DNA of 64,000 nt from Laetmonice hystrix (taxonomy: Eukaryota), in contig OZ249448.1 in assembly GCA_965235115.1 (NCBI GenBank), forward strand, positions 7,440,001 through 7,504,000, read 5' to 3'. A program made the position numbers and the translations under genes. Within the stretch, counting starts at the first letter, position 1; each line of letters starts with the position of its first letter. A model generated the notes under the pieces. It saw only the letters and a list, made by a program, of their open reading frames with translations, was not told the DNA's origin and did no database searches. Shown here piece by piece: positions 13,311 through 27,547 of the stretch.

Positions 13311-16300
13311 GCATACCGGCTCTGGCAGACACGATATTAAATACATAAAAAATGCCAATGTGCATTAAGTTGGAATAAACTATCGATGCAGGTATCAATC
13401 ACTCTTTGTTCTTTCGGCCCTTCGTTTTTTTTTTAGTTTTGTTTATTTCGCAATACTGTGGATGCACTTTAGACCTTTTTCGATAGCGGAGACCGACCCT
13501 GAGTTGAAAATGAATACATCTTCATGGACCTAACTGTTGGTGTTTACCAAAGCCTTCTGAGAAGTTTTCAATTATTTTCTGGTTGGTTGATTGTCCCATA
13601 TCGTGTGACCTTTGCCTCATACAGATTTTGTTGCCCATATTTTCCCCTCAGTTAGTACTGAACGAACACATGGAATCAGTGGCCACATTACAAGATCCCT
13701 CAGCAGCAGACAGTCAGTCACCCAGTCTGTATGTATTAGGCTGACACTGTGCAGGTGTTCACGAAGACTGATTCATGTTACACACCCAATGCCCACCGTC
13801 CACTGTTAATACACCGTGCACATGTCGTCATGATCAGAATCAACCACTCCAGTGTCACCCAAACTTTCACCTGATACCTGTCCCCAGGCGTCCCATGATG
13901 TGACGGTGACCCGCCCTCCTACCCTCACCATGTGCAGATGTTCCTCTGTAATCTACATGAAGGTACGGAACACTGCTGAACACGCAAATATCTCTACGCC
14001 GAGTACAGCTAACCGCCAGCGTTTGAGCGTTGGTATGGCTAGGACAATCCCATCAAACTCTCCTCCGCTCACCGTCCACACTCAGGCAACAGTCAACGAC
14101 AAGCACAGGGGAAAACGGGCGTCTGGACGTGTTTCTTTGTATCCTTCTTGATTCACCTCATACAAGTATGCATCATTCTGTGTCCTGATATTGGATACCT
14201 GTTGTTCTGCTGAAGAAACCGGTCAGAATACCCCGGTGCGCTATCCTATAATACTGCTTTACAATAGCTTCCCGACATAGCGATGAACCATTTCTCTTCA
14301 TTTTAACATTAACAGTTCAGGGATCAGGCATCAAAGGCCAGACAACGCCTTCTGGACGGCCAGTTTGTGACCTCTGATCAAGGACAACTGAAGGTATTAA
14401 CCCTGGCGTTATTAACCGGCAGTCGGCGGTCACGTGTCAAATATGGCCTCAGTTTGCTGCCAGAACCCCGCCAGACAGTTGGCAATATCCTCAAGTTGGC
14501 AATATCTTCAAGTTGGCAATATCCTCTAGTCATTTACATTCGCTGCACATGCCTACTTATTAAACTGGAGGGCCAGGCATGTTTTGCAGCTAGAGGACCA
14601 CAATAATGACTGTCGCCGGCGGAGTTCGATTACAATTACTAGTTTCTTATGTTAGTTTAAAAATACGAACTGCTCAACTGTACTAAATGGCGTGTGTTTA
14701 TAGAAAAGACAACAAAATCCCACTAAATTCATGTTATTACATGCACCATACGGAGACAATACATCCAACAATACTGGTCAAAGCTGCCCTCGTCAACGCA
14801 AACCCTTGGCTGGAGCCTGCGAGCTATTAGTCTTTCAAACAATATTCACCACAGACATGACGTTGGTGATTAGATCAATGCCCGGTACATTACATCCATC
14901 CGGCTTTCACTTACCGGCTCAGCAGATCTGTACCCAATGGCTCCCTATTACCACAACCGATACGACTATTTAACCCACACACTGGTACGGTGGTTGGTAG
15001 CAGTTATAATGAGCCAGTAGATAAAGCAGTGTCAGTTACTGAATATAACACAGATGTTGTAATCACATTGTGATATACGCTCAATGTAACTGACCAGGTT
15101 CATACTGACGACAACTCACATAGAACGCACTGGCCGGCAGGCAGTCTGATTGGCTAAGCCTATACAAATCCCAGTCTGCATCACTATCAAGGCCAATTTC
15201 CCTCAATCAACCGGGAGTTTGCCCGACATGATTTGCTGCACGAAGAGCTGCCGACACAACACAAAACCACACGGATGTTACGTCAATGTGGCTTTCAATA
15301 TAACATCGAAGCTTCATCTAGTCCTATATGTATTTTTCCTTCTGTTAGTATAAACCGGATTGCCTCGGGCCATTCAACACGTTTTGGCCCCAGCTGGCAC
15401 CAAGCGTATATAAGCCGGGAATGCTGGGGTTACGTGGGGTGGTGGACGACATATAGCCCGAGCTAGGCAGCTGTTTCCAACTCATTTCCTCTGACCTTTG
15501 TGCTGACCCCGATGGCAAACAAAAAGAGCAGTTCTCGGGCAAGCAGCCAGAGGTCTCCTGCCAAGGACACGGCCAGGCCAGACGGCCAGTTCTCCAGGCC
15601 ACTCCTCAACCTTCCTGCTCACATCAGGCCTTCTCCTCCGTGCAATGTTGTTAGAAGTGATGATAACAGTTTGAAGAGAAAGATTCAAGGCCCTCTTTCA
15701 TCTCCTTTTACATTCTTTCACCTTGTACACCTTTGCTAACAGAACTGTACTGAAACGTTTCATCATTTAACCATGGAGCACAATCTGGTCGACCTCCGAT
15801 TAAACGTACTAACGAAAACATCCGCCAGGACACATAGATTATTCAAACTGACGGCCAGTTTTAAAGAGTTATCCCTTTCAATGAAGCTTTATCATAGTAA
15901 GTACAGTTCTGATCTGCATTCTCTTTGAGGATCTAGACGGATCGCATCCTATGTAACAGATGATCGATAGTTCCGGGAGTCACGCTTCACGTCCTGAATG
16001 GCACAGACTCTTCCTGATCCCACAATCACAATACACCCGAGGATTACTCCCTGGTACTCAGTAATAAGTCACTTAAACATAGCACCAATAGTCTATAACA
16101 AATAATCCCACTGATTGCTTGGGTATGGAAAGGTTCAAGATTGTAATTAGAATTCAGCTGCGTCTAGAATGGTGATCGGATGTACCATCATACCAAACAG
16201 TGCCATCGTCTCTGAATAAATCATTACGTGATTACGCAGGAATTCAATACTGCTCATTGCCCTTTAGTGGCAGCAAGTGCCGGTCCCTTGTCATGCTATA

Positions 16301-17798
16301 CGTCGGTCCCGGGATGCCTTACTGTAAACAAGAGTAGCTCATCTACAACCCAACTGTTCATTCATGGAAGCCAAGTGTAGGTAGTATGTTGTGTACGGAT
16401 TCAATCAGGCATGGCTAGTGTATACTGATATGAAATCCACTGGGTTCAATCGTTTCCCGCAGATGCTGTGACTCCGCATCCCATTGCGTACGACTAATCT
16501 GTCCCGAGCATTATTCCACGGTCTGCAGTATCCGTGCCAATTCGTTTCTATTAAGATTATCGGCCCTTGTAAGTGACGCTACTAGCGAACCTCCCCTATC
16601 TCTGTTCTCTAGTATTAGAGCAGACGCCCATGCATGTGTGGACATCACCTAATTCCCCATTCACGGGGTAAACTGGGAGGGGTGTGACCTCCTGCCCACC
16701 AACTGATGACCTCAGATCATCTGCACCCTCGGCTGCAAGCAATAATGGACTTATAATTGTGCACTAATAACCCCCCCCCCCCCCCACTAGAAGATCGTTT
16801 TATACAAATAGTTTTTCTGAGCTCATTATCTAAATAAAAAGCACTAAGAAAAACTAAGTCGCCATACCGATTCATTCCTTGCCTTCTCCTTGCTATTCAA
16901 CATAAGAGTGGCTCTAAGCTGCCGGTAGTATCCCACATAATCCAGTGTGTGCCTTGGGCTGTCGCAAACTGTACTTAAGTACCGGCATCTGATTGCTTCA
17001 GATTAAGTCTGGCCAATTTTACGCTTCTCTATCCAGAGGCAATGTTACGTTACGGTGGCATCTGTTGAGTGGAGGCAACAAGGGTTCAAGAGGTTTTAAG
17101 AGCGTTAACCCTGGAAGGCGTGGTGGAGGACGGTTTAAGACGAGTTCTGGCACGGAATACAAGGCCGGCTGCTCCTGCTTGTCAATACTAACTCCATTAC
17201 CATCCAGAACAGTTCAGCTCTTATAATCCAACTCATGTCCTCCTCCAGGCTAGGCTTTAATACAATGTGATGTTATCAAGAACCAAAATGTAAAGATGGA
17301 GAAGGAAGAATGTAAGGCAGCAGGATCTGGATCGGCAATCCAGATTGAATTTTGCCCGTGTCAACAAAGCCTGCATGGCTCCCCTCTGAATGGATCCTAT
17401 CAATCTATAACCTCTGGCTATATGTGCAAGACGTTTCTAGCAGCACTATAACGATGGCCAGGCCAGTGTTGTGTGGTGAGTAGTATTATATAGTGTCAAT
17501 ACGCCAGCTCTAAAACATCCGGTACATATCACCGACAGTCTCCAGAGTCATCTGTAACGGCCAACTTCACGTAACCACCATTGACTGCAAAATAACATCT
17601 ACAAGCCTGGGTTATACGAAACAACCATGAACTATGTCAATCCTCTTGTCTAAATCTAACGGTGATAAGCTTAAACCTGCCCTTTGTTAGTTCACACTTA
17701 ACCGTTACTTCCATGATTTTGCTGCTCCTCAGATGAGATGCAAACTCCCTCCTAAATCAATTATGACGGCATGAAAACCAAGAGCAATACGCAGCTAA

Positions 17799-17991
17799 AG
17801 GTCCATGTCCACTAAGGCCATTGTCCTTTTTATTTAATGGTGGAATTTCACTCTGTAATTCTTCCTGGCTGTGTCTTCCCTGTTTCTGGAAATGGGTTCC
17901 ATCCGTTAATCTCAAAATCCTAGTAAAATAAAAGGCTGATGTCAAAATCGCATGGACGTCGCAAGGACAATCGCCTATGTGGACATGGGCC
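17799..17991. mobile_element. MITE, family A copy 1 (about 190 bp), TAA/TTA-flanked, PIF/Harbinger-like
   Basis: Left end AGGTCCATGTCCACTAAGGCCATTGTCCTT versus right-end reverse complement GGCCCATGTCCACATAGGCGATTGTCCTT. The interior (TTTCACTCTGTAATT...TTTCTGGAAATGGGTTCCATCCGTTAATCTCAAAATC...) is shared with 51139-51347. Superfamily assignment is inferred from the TWA flanks. Confidence 0.8.
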
Positions 17992-19300
17992 TTAATGCGT
18001 TGGCAATGCATTGTTAATATAGCAGTTCACCGCGGGAGCCGAGGTTTGAACAATATGCCATCAATAATCAATGGTTCCCAAGTGATGAAGCTCACGGAAG
18101 CCGCGTTCCATTTGCGTGATGGAGCACTGCATGACCACATCTGGAAGATGTTCACGGCTCTTGGCATTATCTTGGCCGCCTTTTCTCAAAATGATCTCCA
18201 AATAGATAAACCTTCATAAATAACTCAGAAGGGATCAAATATAGTCAATGCAGAACGCCAATGTCTGCCCCGCTATCGCTTGTATGCAGACAATGCAGCT
18301 TGTCCACAGCATTGATCAGCTAGCTGCTAAAATCAATAGAAAGTCTTCATTTCGCTAGATTACTGCTTGTGTAACTTCTTAGCATTTACGGCAATTGTTT
18401 CACGTTAGAGATGAAATAATTCAATCAATCATATGAAGTCATCACTTTCAAGAACTTCTATATGAATTTCATGAAGATTATTCAAAAGAAGGATACTGAA
18501 AGAACAGACTTCATGTAAAGAGAAAGGTGTTCTTAACTTGGATAATCTACGACCGACAAAAAGGACTACCCCTGGTCTCTATAGGATGTTGCTGGATGGA
18601 GTTGGAAGCGGAAAAGGAAGAATGCCTGCAATGCCATGTACAACATTCCTACACGACCATTCGTCTCCAAGCAGCTGACGAAAGTGCGACTAACAATGAG
18701 AACACTAATTACACATGGAGTCATTATTTGGCTTCATTCCCTTTGTGTTCCACATTGAATGTGTTCCGATTAGAGGATGTCTTTGACCGTCAGGACACTT
18801 AAGAATCAACAGCCCGGTAACGACCGTCCCCAGTAAAGAGGACAGTAAATTGGCAATTCCTTTGAGTGCGGCTCCCTAAAGATGATAACTACAAAGCACG
18901 CGAATTTCCCCAGATAGAAACCAGAGCGCACAAGAAAGTAAACGTATAATGTGAGGCAGATAAAAATAAATGATTAGAACTTGCTCAGAGAGCTCAACTT
19001 AATTAGTGGTCACACACAAAGCTTCTTATTCTTGCGCTGCATAGCGGACGGTCGTGTAAAACCGTTGATGCTGCTGCAGGGCCCACAGCTGTGAGGGTGA
19101 TTAAGACGCCTGGAGATGGTGGTTGTGGTGGGGGAGGGGGGACTGACCCCCCCCCCCCCCCAAGTCATTCCAGCAGCCGTGCTGGACGTGGATCAACTCT
19201 TGGCCTTCCCTTCTACCTTCTCCTTGCTATCTCCAACAAACAGATTTACCGTCAATCACTGCTCCCCTGGTGGCTGGGGTAAGACAACACTTGGCCTGGA

Positions 19301-22300
19301 CCGCTATCATCGGGTCTCCCCCACTATCACTGGCTCTACCCACTATCACTGGGTCTCCCCCCCCCCACTATCACTGGGTCTACCCCCACTGGGTCTACCC
19401 CCCCCCCCACTATCACTGGGTCTACCCCCCCCCCCACTATCACTGGGTCTCCCCCCCCACTATCACTGGGTCTACCCCCACTGGGTCTACCCCCCCACTA
19501 TCTCCGGGTCTCCCCCCCCCCACTATCACTGGGTCTACCCCCCACTATCACTGGGTCTACCCCCCCCCCCACTATCTCCGGATCTTCCCTCACTATCACT
19601 GGGTCTCCCCCACTATCACTGGGTCTCCCCCCACTATCACTGGGTCTACCCCCCACTATCACTGGGTCTACCCCCCCCCCCCCACTATCTCCGGATCTTC
19701 CCTCACTATCACTGGGTCTCCCCCACTATCACTGGGTCTACCCCCCCCCCCCCCCCACTATCTCTGGGTCTCCCCCCACTATCACTGGGTCTCCCCCCAC
19801 TATCACTGGGTCTTCCCCCACTATCACTGGGTCTACCCCCCACTATCACTGGGTCTACCCCCCCCCCCCACTATCTCCGGATCTTCCCTCACTATCACTG
19901 GGTCTCCCCTACTATCACTGGGTCTACCCCCCCCCCCCCACTATCTCTGGGTCTCCCCCCACTATCACTGGGTCTACCCCCACTATCTCCGGATCTTCCC
20001 CCACTATCACTGGGTCCCCCCCCCCACTATCACTGGGTCTCCCCCACTATCACTGCCCCCCCCCCTATCACTGGGTCTCCCCCACTATCACTGGGTCTCC
20101 CCCCCCCACTATCACTGGGTCTCCCCCCACTATCACTGGGTCTATCTCCACTATCACTGGGTCTATCTCCACTATCACTGGGTCTACCCCCATTATCACT
20201 GGGTCCCCCCCCCCCCACTATCACTGGGTTCCCCCCCCCCCACTATCACTGGGTCTATCTCCACTATCACTGGGTCTACCCCCCCCCACTATCACTGGGT
20301 CTATCTCCACTATCACTGGGTCTATCTCCACTATCACTGGGTCTATCTCCACTATCACTGGGTCTATCTCCACTATCACTGGGTCTATCTCCACTATCAC
20401 TGGGTCTATCTCCACTATCACTGGGTCTACCCCCACTATCACTGGGTCTATCTCCACTATCACTGGGTCTATCTCCACTATCACTGGGTCTATCTCCACT
20501 ATCACTGGGTCTATCTCCACTATCACTGGGTCTATCTCCACTATCACTGGGTCTACCCCCACTATCACTGGGTCCCCCCCCCACTATCACTGGGTCCCCC
20601 CCACTATCACTGGGTCTATCTCCACTATCACTGGGTCTACCCCCACTATCACTGGGTCTATCTCCACTATCACTGGGTCTATCTCCACTATCACTGGGTC
20701 TATCTCCACTATCACTGGGTCTATCTCCACTATCACTGGGTCTCCCCCCCACTATCACTGGGTCTATCTCCACTATCACTGGGTCTCCCCCCCCACTATC
20801 ACTGGGTCTATCTCCACTATCACTGGGTCTACCCCCACTATCACTGGGTCTATCTCCACTATCACTGGGTCTCCCCCCCCACTATCACTGGGTCTATCTC
20901 CACTATCACTGGGTCTATCTCCACTATCACTGGGTCTATCTCCACTATCACTGGGTCTATCTCCACTATCACTGGGTCTATCTCCACTATCACTGGGTCT
21001 ATCTCCACTATCACTGGGTCTATCTCCACTATCACTGGGTCTACCCCCACTATCACTGGGTCTATCTCCACTATCACTGGGTCTATCTCCACTATCACTG
21101 GGTCTATCTCCACTATCACTGGGTCTATCTCCACTATCACTGGGTCTATCTCCACTATCACTGGGTCTATCTCCACTATCACTGGGTCTATCTCCACTAT
21201 CACTGGGTCTATCTCCACTATCACTGGGTCTATCTCCACTATCACTGGGTCTACCCCCACTATCACTGGGTCTATCTCCACTATCACTGGGTCTATCTCC
21301 ACTATCACTGGGTCTGTCTCCACTATCACTGGGTCTATCTCCACTATCACTGGGTCTATCTCCACTATCACTGGGTCTATCTCCACTATCACTGGGTCTA
21401 TCTCCACTATCACTGGGTCTATCTCCACTATCACTGGGTCTATCTCCACTATCACTGGGTCTATCTCCACTATCACTGGGTCTACCCCCACTATCACTGG
21501 GTCTATCTCCACTATCACTGGGTCTATCTCCACTATCACTGGGTCTATCTCCACTATCACTGGGTCTATCTCCACTATCACTGGGTCTATCTCCACTATC
21601 ACTGGGTCTATCTCCACTATCACTGGGTCTATCTCCACTATCACTGGGTCTATCTCCACTATCACTGGGTCTATCTCCACTATCACTGGGTCTACCCCCA
21701 CTATCACTGGGTCTATCTCCACTATCACTGGGTCTACCCCCACTATCACTGGGTCTATCTCCACTATCACTGGGTCTATCTCCACTATCACTGGGTCTAT
21801 CTCCACTATCACTGTGTCTATCTCCACTATCACTGGGTCTATCTCCACTATCACTGGGTCTATCTCCACTATCACTGGGTCTATCTCCACTATCACTGGG
21901 TCTACCCCCACTATCACTGGGTCTATCTCCACTATCACTGGGTCTATCTCCACTATCACTGGGTCTACCCCCACTATCACTGGGTCTATCTCCACTATCA
22001 CTGGGTCTCCCCCCCACTATCACTGGGTCTATCTCCACTATCACTGGGTCTATCTCCACTATCACTGGGTCTATCTCCACTATCACTGGGTCTATCTCCA
22101 CTATCACTGGGTCTATCTCCACTATCACTGGGTCTACCTCCACTATCCGCTGGTCTACCCACACTATCCTGATTCTACCCCAACTATGTTCGGATCTTCC
22201 CCCACAATCACTGGTAGTACCCAATACACTATCACCTGGTCTACCCCACACACACTTATCACCTGGTCTACCCCACACACACTATCAGCGGGTCTACCCC

Positions 22301-25300
22301 ACACACACTATCACCGGGTCTACCCCCACACACTATCAGCGGGTCTACCCCACACACATTATCACTGGATCTACCCCCCACACACTATCACCTGGTCTAC
22401 CCCCCACACACTATCACCTGGTCTACCCCACACACACTATCACCTGGTCTACCCCACACACACACTATCACCGGGTCTACCCCACACACACTATCACCGG
22501 GTCTACCCCACACACACTATCACCGGGTCTACCCCCACACACTATCACCGGGTCTACCCCACACACACTATCACCGGGTCTACCCCCACACACTATCACC
22601 TGGTCTACCCCACACACACTATCACCGGGTCTACCCCCCACACACTATCACCTGGTCTACCCCACACACACACTATCACCGGGTCTACCCCACACACACT
22701 ATCACCGGGTCTACCCCACACACACACTATCACCGGGTCTACCCCACACACACACTATCACCGGGTCTACCCCACACACACACTATCACCGGGTCTACCC
22801 CACACACACTATCACCGGGTCTACCCCACACACACTATCAGCGGGTCTACCCCACACATATTATCACTGGATCTACCCAACACACACTATCACCGGGTCT
22901 ACCCCACACACACTATCACCGGGTCTACCCCACACACACTATCACCGGATCTACCCCACACACACTATCACCGGATCTACCCCACACACACTATCAGCGG
23001 GTCTACCCCACACACACTATCAGCGGGTCTACCCCACACACACTATCACCGGGTCTACCCCACACACACTATCCCCGGATCTACCCCACACACACTATCA
23101 CCGGGTCTACCCCACACACACTATCAGCGGGTCTACCCCCCACACACTATCACCTGGTCTACCCCACACACACTATCACCTGGTCTACCCCACACACACA
23201 CTATCACCGGGTCTACCCCACACACACTATCACCGGGTCTACCCCACACACACTATCACCGGGTCTACCCCACACACACTATCACCGGGTCTACCCCACA
23301 CACACTATCCCCGGATCTACCCCACACACACTATCACCTGGTCTACCCCACACATTATCACTGGATCTACCCCACACACACTATCACTGGATCTACCCCA
23401 CACACACTATCCCCGGATCTACCCCACACACACACTATCACCTGGTCTACCCCCCACACACTATCACCGGGTCTACCCCACACACACTATCACCTGGTCT
23501 ACCCCACACACACTATCAGCGGGTCTACCCCACACATTATCACTGGATCTACCCCACACACACTATCACCTGGTCTACCCCACACACACTATCACCTGGT
23601 CTACCCCACACATTATCACTGGATCTACCCCACACACACTATCAGCGGGTCTACCCCACACACACTACCGCCGGGTCTACCCCACACACACTATCACCGG
23701 GTCTACCCCACACACACTATCACCTGGTCTACCCCACACACACTATCACCGGGTCTACCCCACACACACTACCGCCGGGTCTACCCAACACACACTATCA
23801 CCTGGTCTACCCCACACATTATCACTGGATCTACCCCACACACACTATCACTGGATCTACCCCACACACACTATCCCCGGATCTACCCCACACACACTAT
23901 CACTGGATCTACCCCACACACACTATCACTGGATCTACCCCACACACACTATCCCCGGATCTACCCCACACACACTATCACTGGATCTACCCCACACACA
24001 CTATCACTGGATCTACCCCACACACACTATCCCCGGATCTACCCCACACACACTATCACTGGATCTACCCCACACACACTATCCCCGGATCTACCCCACA
24101 CACACACTATCACCTGGTCTACCCCACACATTATCACTGGATCTACCCCACACACACTATCACCGGGTCTACCCCACACACACTATCCCCGGATCTACCC
24201 CACACACACACTATCACCTGGTCTACCCCACACATTATCACTGGATCTACCCCACACACACTATCACCGGGTCTACCCCACACATTATCACTGGATCTAC
24301 CCCACACACACTATCACCGGGTCTACCCCACACATTATCACTGGATCTACCCCACACACACTATCACCTGGTCTACCCCACACACACTATCACCTGGTCT
24401 ACCCCACACACACTATCACCTGGTCTACCCCACACACACTATCACCTGGTCTACCCCCCACACACTATCACCTGGTCTACCCCACACACACACTATCACC
24501 GGGTCTACCCCACACACACTATCACCTGGTCTACCCCACACACACTATCACCTGGTCTACCCCACACACTATCACCTGGTCTACCCCACACACACTATCA
24601 CCGGGTCTACCCCACACACTATCACCTGGTCTACCCCACACACACTATCACCTGGTCTACCCCCCACACACTATCCCCGGATCTACCCCACAGACACTAT
24701 CACCTGGTCTACCCCACACACACTATCCCCAGATCTACCCCCCACACACTATCACCTGGTCTACCCCACACACACTATCCCCGGATCTACCCCACACACA
24801 CTATCACCTGGTCTACCCCACACACACTACCGCCAGGTCTACCCCCCACACACTATCACCTGGTCTACCCCACACACACTACCGCCAGGTCTACCCCCCA
24901 CACACTATCACCGGGTCTACCCCACACACACTATCACCTGGTCTACCCCCCACACACTATCACCGGGTCTACCCCACACACACTATCACCTGGTCTACCC
25001 CACACACACTATCACCGGGTCTACCCCACACACTATCACCTGGTCTACCCCACACACACTATCACCTGGTCTACCCCCACACACTACCGCCAGGTCTACC
25101 CCCCACACACTATCACCGGGTCTACCCCACACACACTATCACCTGGTCTACCCCACACACACTACCGCCAGGTCTACCCCCCACACACTATCACCGGGTC
25201 TACCCCACACACACTATCACCTGGTCTACCCCACACACACTATCACCGGGTCTACCCCACACACACTATCACCGGGTCTACCCCACACACACTATCACCT

Positions 25301-26778
25301 GGTCTACCCCACACACACTATCCCCGGATCTACCCCACACACACTATCACCTGGTCTACCCCCCACACACTATCACCGGGTCTACCCCACACACACTATC
25401 ACCTGGTCTACCCCCCACACACTATCACCTGGTCTACCCCCACACACTACCGCCAGGTCTACCCCCCACACACTATCACCGGGTCTACCCCACACACACT
25501 ATCACCTGGTCTACCCCACACACACTACCGCCAGGTCTACCCCCCACACACTATCACCTGGTCTACCCCACACACACTACCGCCAGGTCTACCCCCCACA
25601 CACTATCACCTGGTCTACCCCACACACACTACCGCCAGGTCTACCCCCCACACACTATCACCGGGTCTACCCCCACACACTATCCCCGGATCTACCCCAC
25701 ACACACTATCACCGGGTCTACCCCACACACACTATCCCCGGATCTACCCCACACACACTATCACCTGGTCTACCCCACACACACTATCACCGGGTCTACC
25801 CCCCACACACTATCACCGGGTCTACCCCCACACACTATCACCTGGTCTACCCCCCACACACTATCACCTGGTCTACCCCACACACACTATCCCCGGATCT
25901 ACCCCACACACACTATCACCTGGTCTACCCCACACATTATCACTGGATCTACCCCACACACACTATCACCTGGTCTACCCCACACACACTATCCCCGGAT
26001 CTACCCCCCACACACTATCACCTGGTCTACCCCACACACACTATCACCGGGTCTACCCCCCACACACTATCACCTGGTCTACCCCCCACACACTATCACC
26101 TGGTCTACCCCCCACACACTATCACCTGGTCTACCCCACACACACTATCACCGGGTCTACCCCACACACACTATCACCGGGTCTACCCCACACACACTAT
26201 CCCCGGATCTACCCCACACACACTATCACCGGATCTACCCCACACACACTATCAGCGGGTCTACCCCTACACACTATCACCGGGTCTACCCCACACACAC
26301 TATCACCGGGTCTACCCCACACACACTATCACCGGGTCTACCCCACACACTATCACCTGGTCTACCCCACACACACTATCACCGGGTCTACCCCACACAC
26401 ACTATCACCTGGTCTACCCCACACACACTATCACCTGGTCTACCCCACACACTATCACCTGGTCTACCCCACACACACTATCACCTGGTCTACCCCACAC
26501 ACTATCCCCGGATCTACCCCACACACTATCACCGGGTCTACCCCACACACACTATCACCGGATCTACCCCACACACACTATCACCGGATCTACCCCACAC
26601 ACACTATCAGCGGGTCTACCCCACACACACTATCACCTGGTCTACCCCACACACACTATCACCGGGTCTACCCCCACACACTACCGCCAGGTCTACCCCC
26701 CACACACTATCACCGGGTCTACCCCACACACACTATCACCGGGTCTACCCCACACACACTATCACCGGGTCTACCCCC
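19301..26778. repeat. Compound minisatellite, about 7.5 kb: 21-bp sub-array then 25-31-bp (CA)n-variable sub-array
   Basis: Shared core CACTATCAC(T/C)(G/T)GGTCTAC/T. About 19301-20300 has a poly-C-variable spacer. About 20300-22140 is near-uniform CCACTATCACTGGGTCTATCT. About 22230-26778 is CACACACACTATCACC(G/T)GGTCTACCC(C). Source of the 1018-aa and 2589-aa artefact ORFs. Confidence 0.99.
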
Positions 26779-26882
26779 TGTGGCGCCGTCCATAGTACCC
26801 GCCTCCTAGAACCGACGTTCAGTCTGGATCCTCTGGATGTAAACACAAGGATCGCTCCAGTACAGCTATCATCTTCAGATAC

Positions 26883-27035
26883 CTTGTATCTGAGGGGTCC
26901 ATCTTGTGGTATTATTCCTGGCCTGCCGGTACTCAGCCGATTGAAGCTCACTGACAAGTTCCAAAGCCCTGGGCACTGCCCGTCATCTTGTGGCCTCCGT
27001 GTGGCCTCCGCCACTCCGTGGGAATCTGTGTCCGA
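26883..27035 (-). CDS. Weak candidate internal exon (153 nt, or 84 nt using the donor at 26952; both phase 0-0)
   Basis: Minus strand: branch-like GACTAAC, then CCCCTCCCCCGAGCGCCCTCAG acceptor. Open frame SDTDSHGVAEATRRPQDDGQCPGLWNLSVSFNRLSTGRPGIIPQDGPLRYK. Donors TCA|GTGAGC or AAG|GTATCT. No family recognised. Confidence 0.3.
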
Positions 27036-27458
27036 CTGAGGGCGCTCGGGGGAGGGGGTTAGTCATCTATTATGTATGTCTTAGCCGCATCCTCCCCATC
27101 CCTTCCTCCAACACCCAGCTACCCTCCTTCATGCCCCTTCCAATAAACCCCAGGTATCGATCACGTCTTCACGAACAACACTCCCCAGGAAGTTTGTCAC
27201 ATAACACAGGTCAACCCTGACGGACAGAGAGAAAAAAACGATTTATTTATATTCAGATAAAGCTTCCAATTTGTTCGTAAATAAATAATAATAATAAATA
27301 GTTTTCCGATTGATATAACATGAAGTTGGGCAGGTCTAATTCAGCTAACGCGCTTAAAATACGCCAGGGCAGTGATACCAAGTCACTTTTAGTCTACCGC
27401 CTTGCCCCTTTCTCCTATATAAACCTCATATTCCTACGCGTCTTCCCCCTTTCGCAGA

Positions 27459-27547
27459 TCGCCGGATACCTTACTGCACGGTGAACAAAAACCTTGGTCC
27501 GTCGCCGGATACCTTACTGCACGGTGAACAAAAACCTTGGTCCGTCG
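27459..27547. repeat. Perfect 43-bp tandem duplication
   Basis: TCGCCGGATACCTTACTGCACGGTGAACAAAAACCTTGGTCCG at 27459 and 27502, bounded by TCG microhomology. Confidence 0.92.

Noticed and set aside
15760-16080. Minus-strand RVCAIQDVKRDSRNYRSSVT...FNRRSTRLCSMVK, faintly like LINE RT motifs
   Set aside because: No DxxKAFD or YADD equivalent follows; the similarity is too weak without an HMM search.
19116-27039. 1018-aa and 2589-aa ORFs that resemble mucin-like or His/Pro/Thr-rich proteins
   Set aside because: They lie almost entirely within the minisatellite. Several frames and both strands are open because the unit lacks stops, and the peptides cycle among the three frame translations of one unit.
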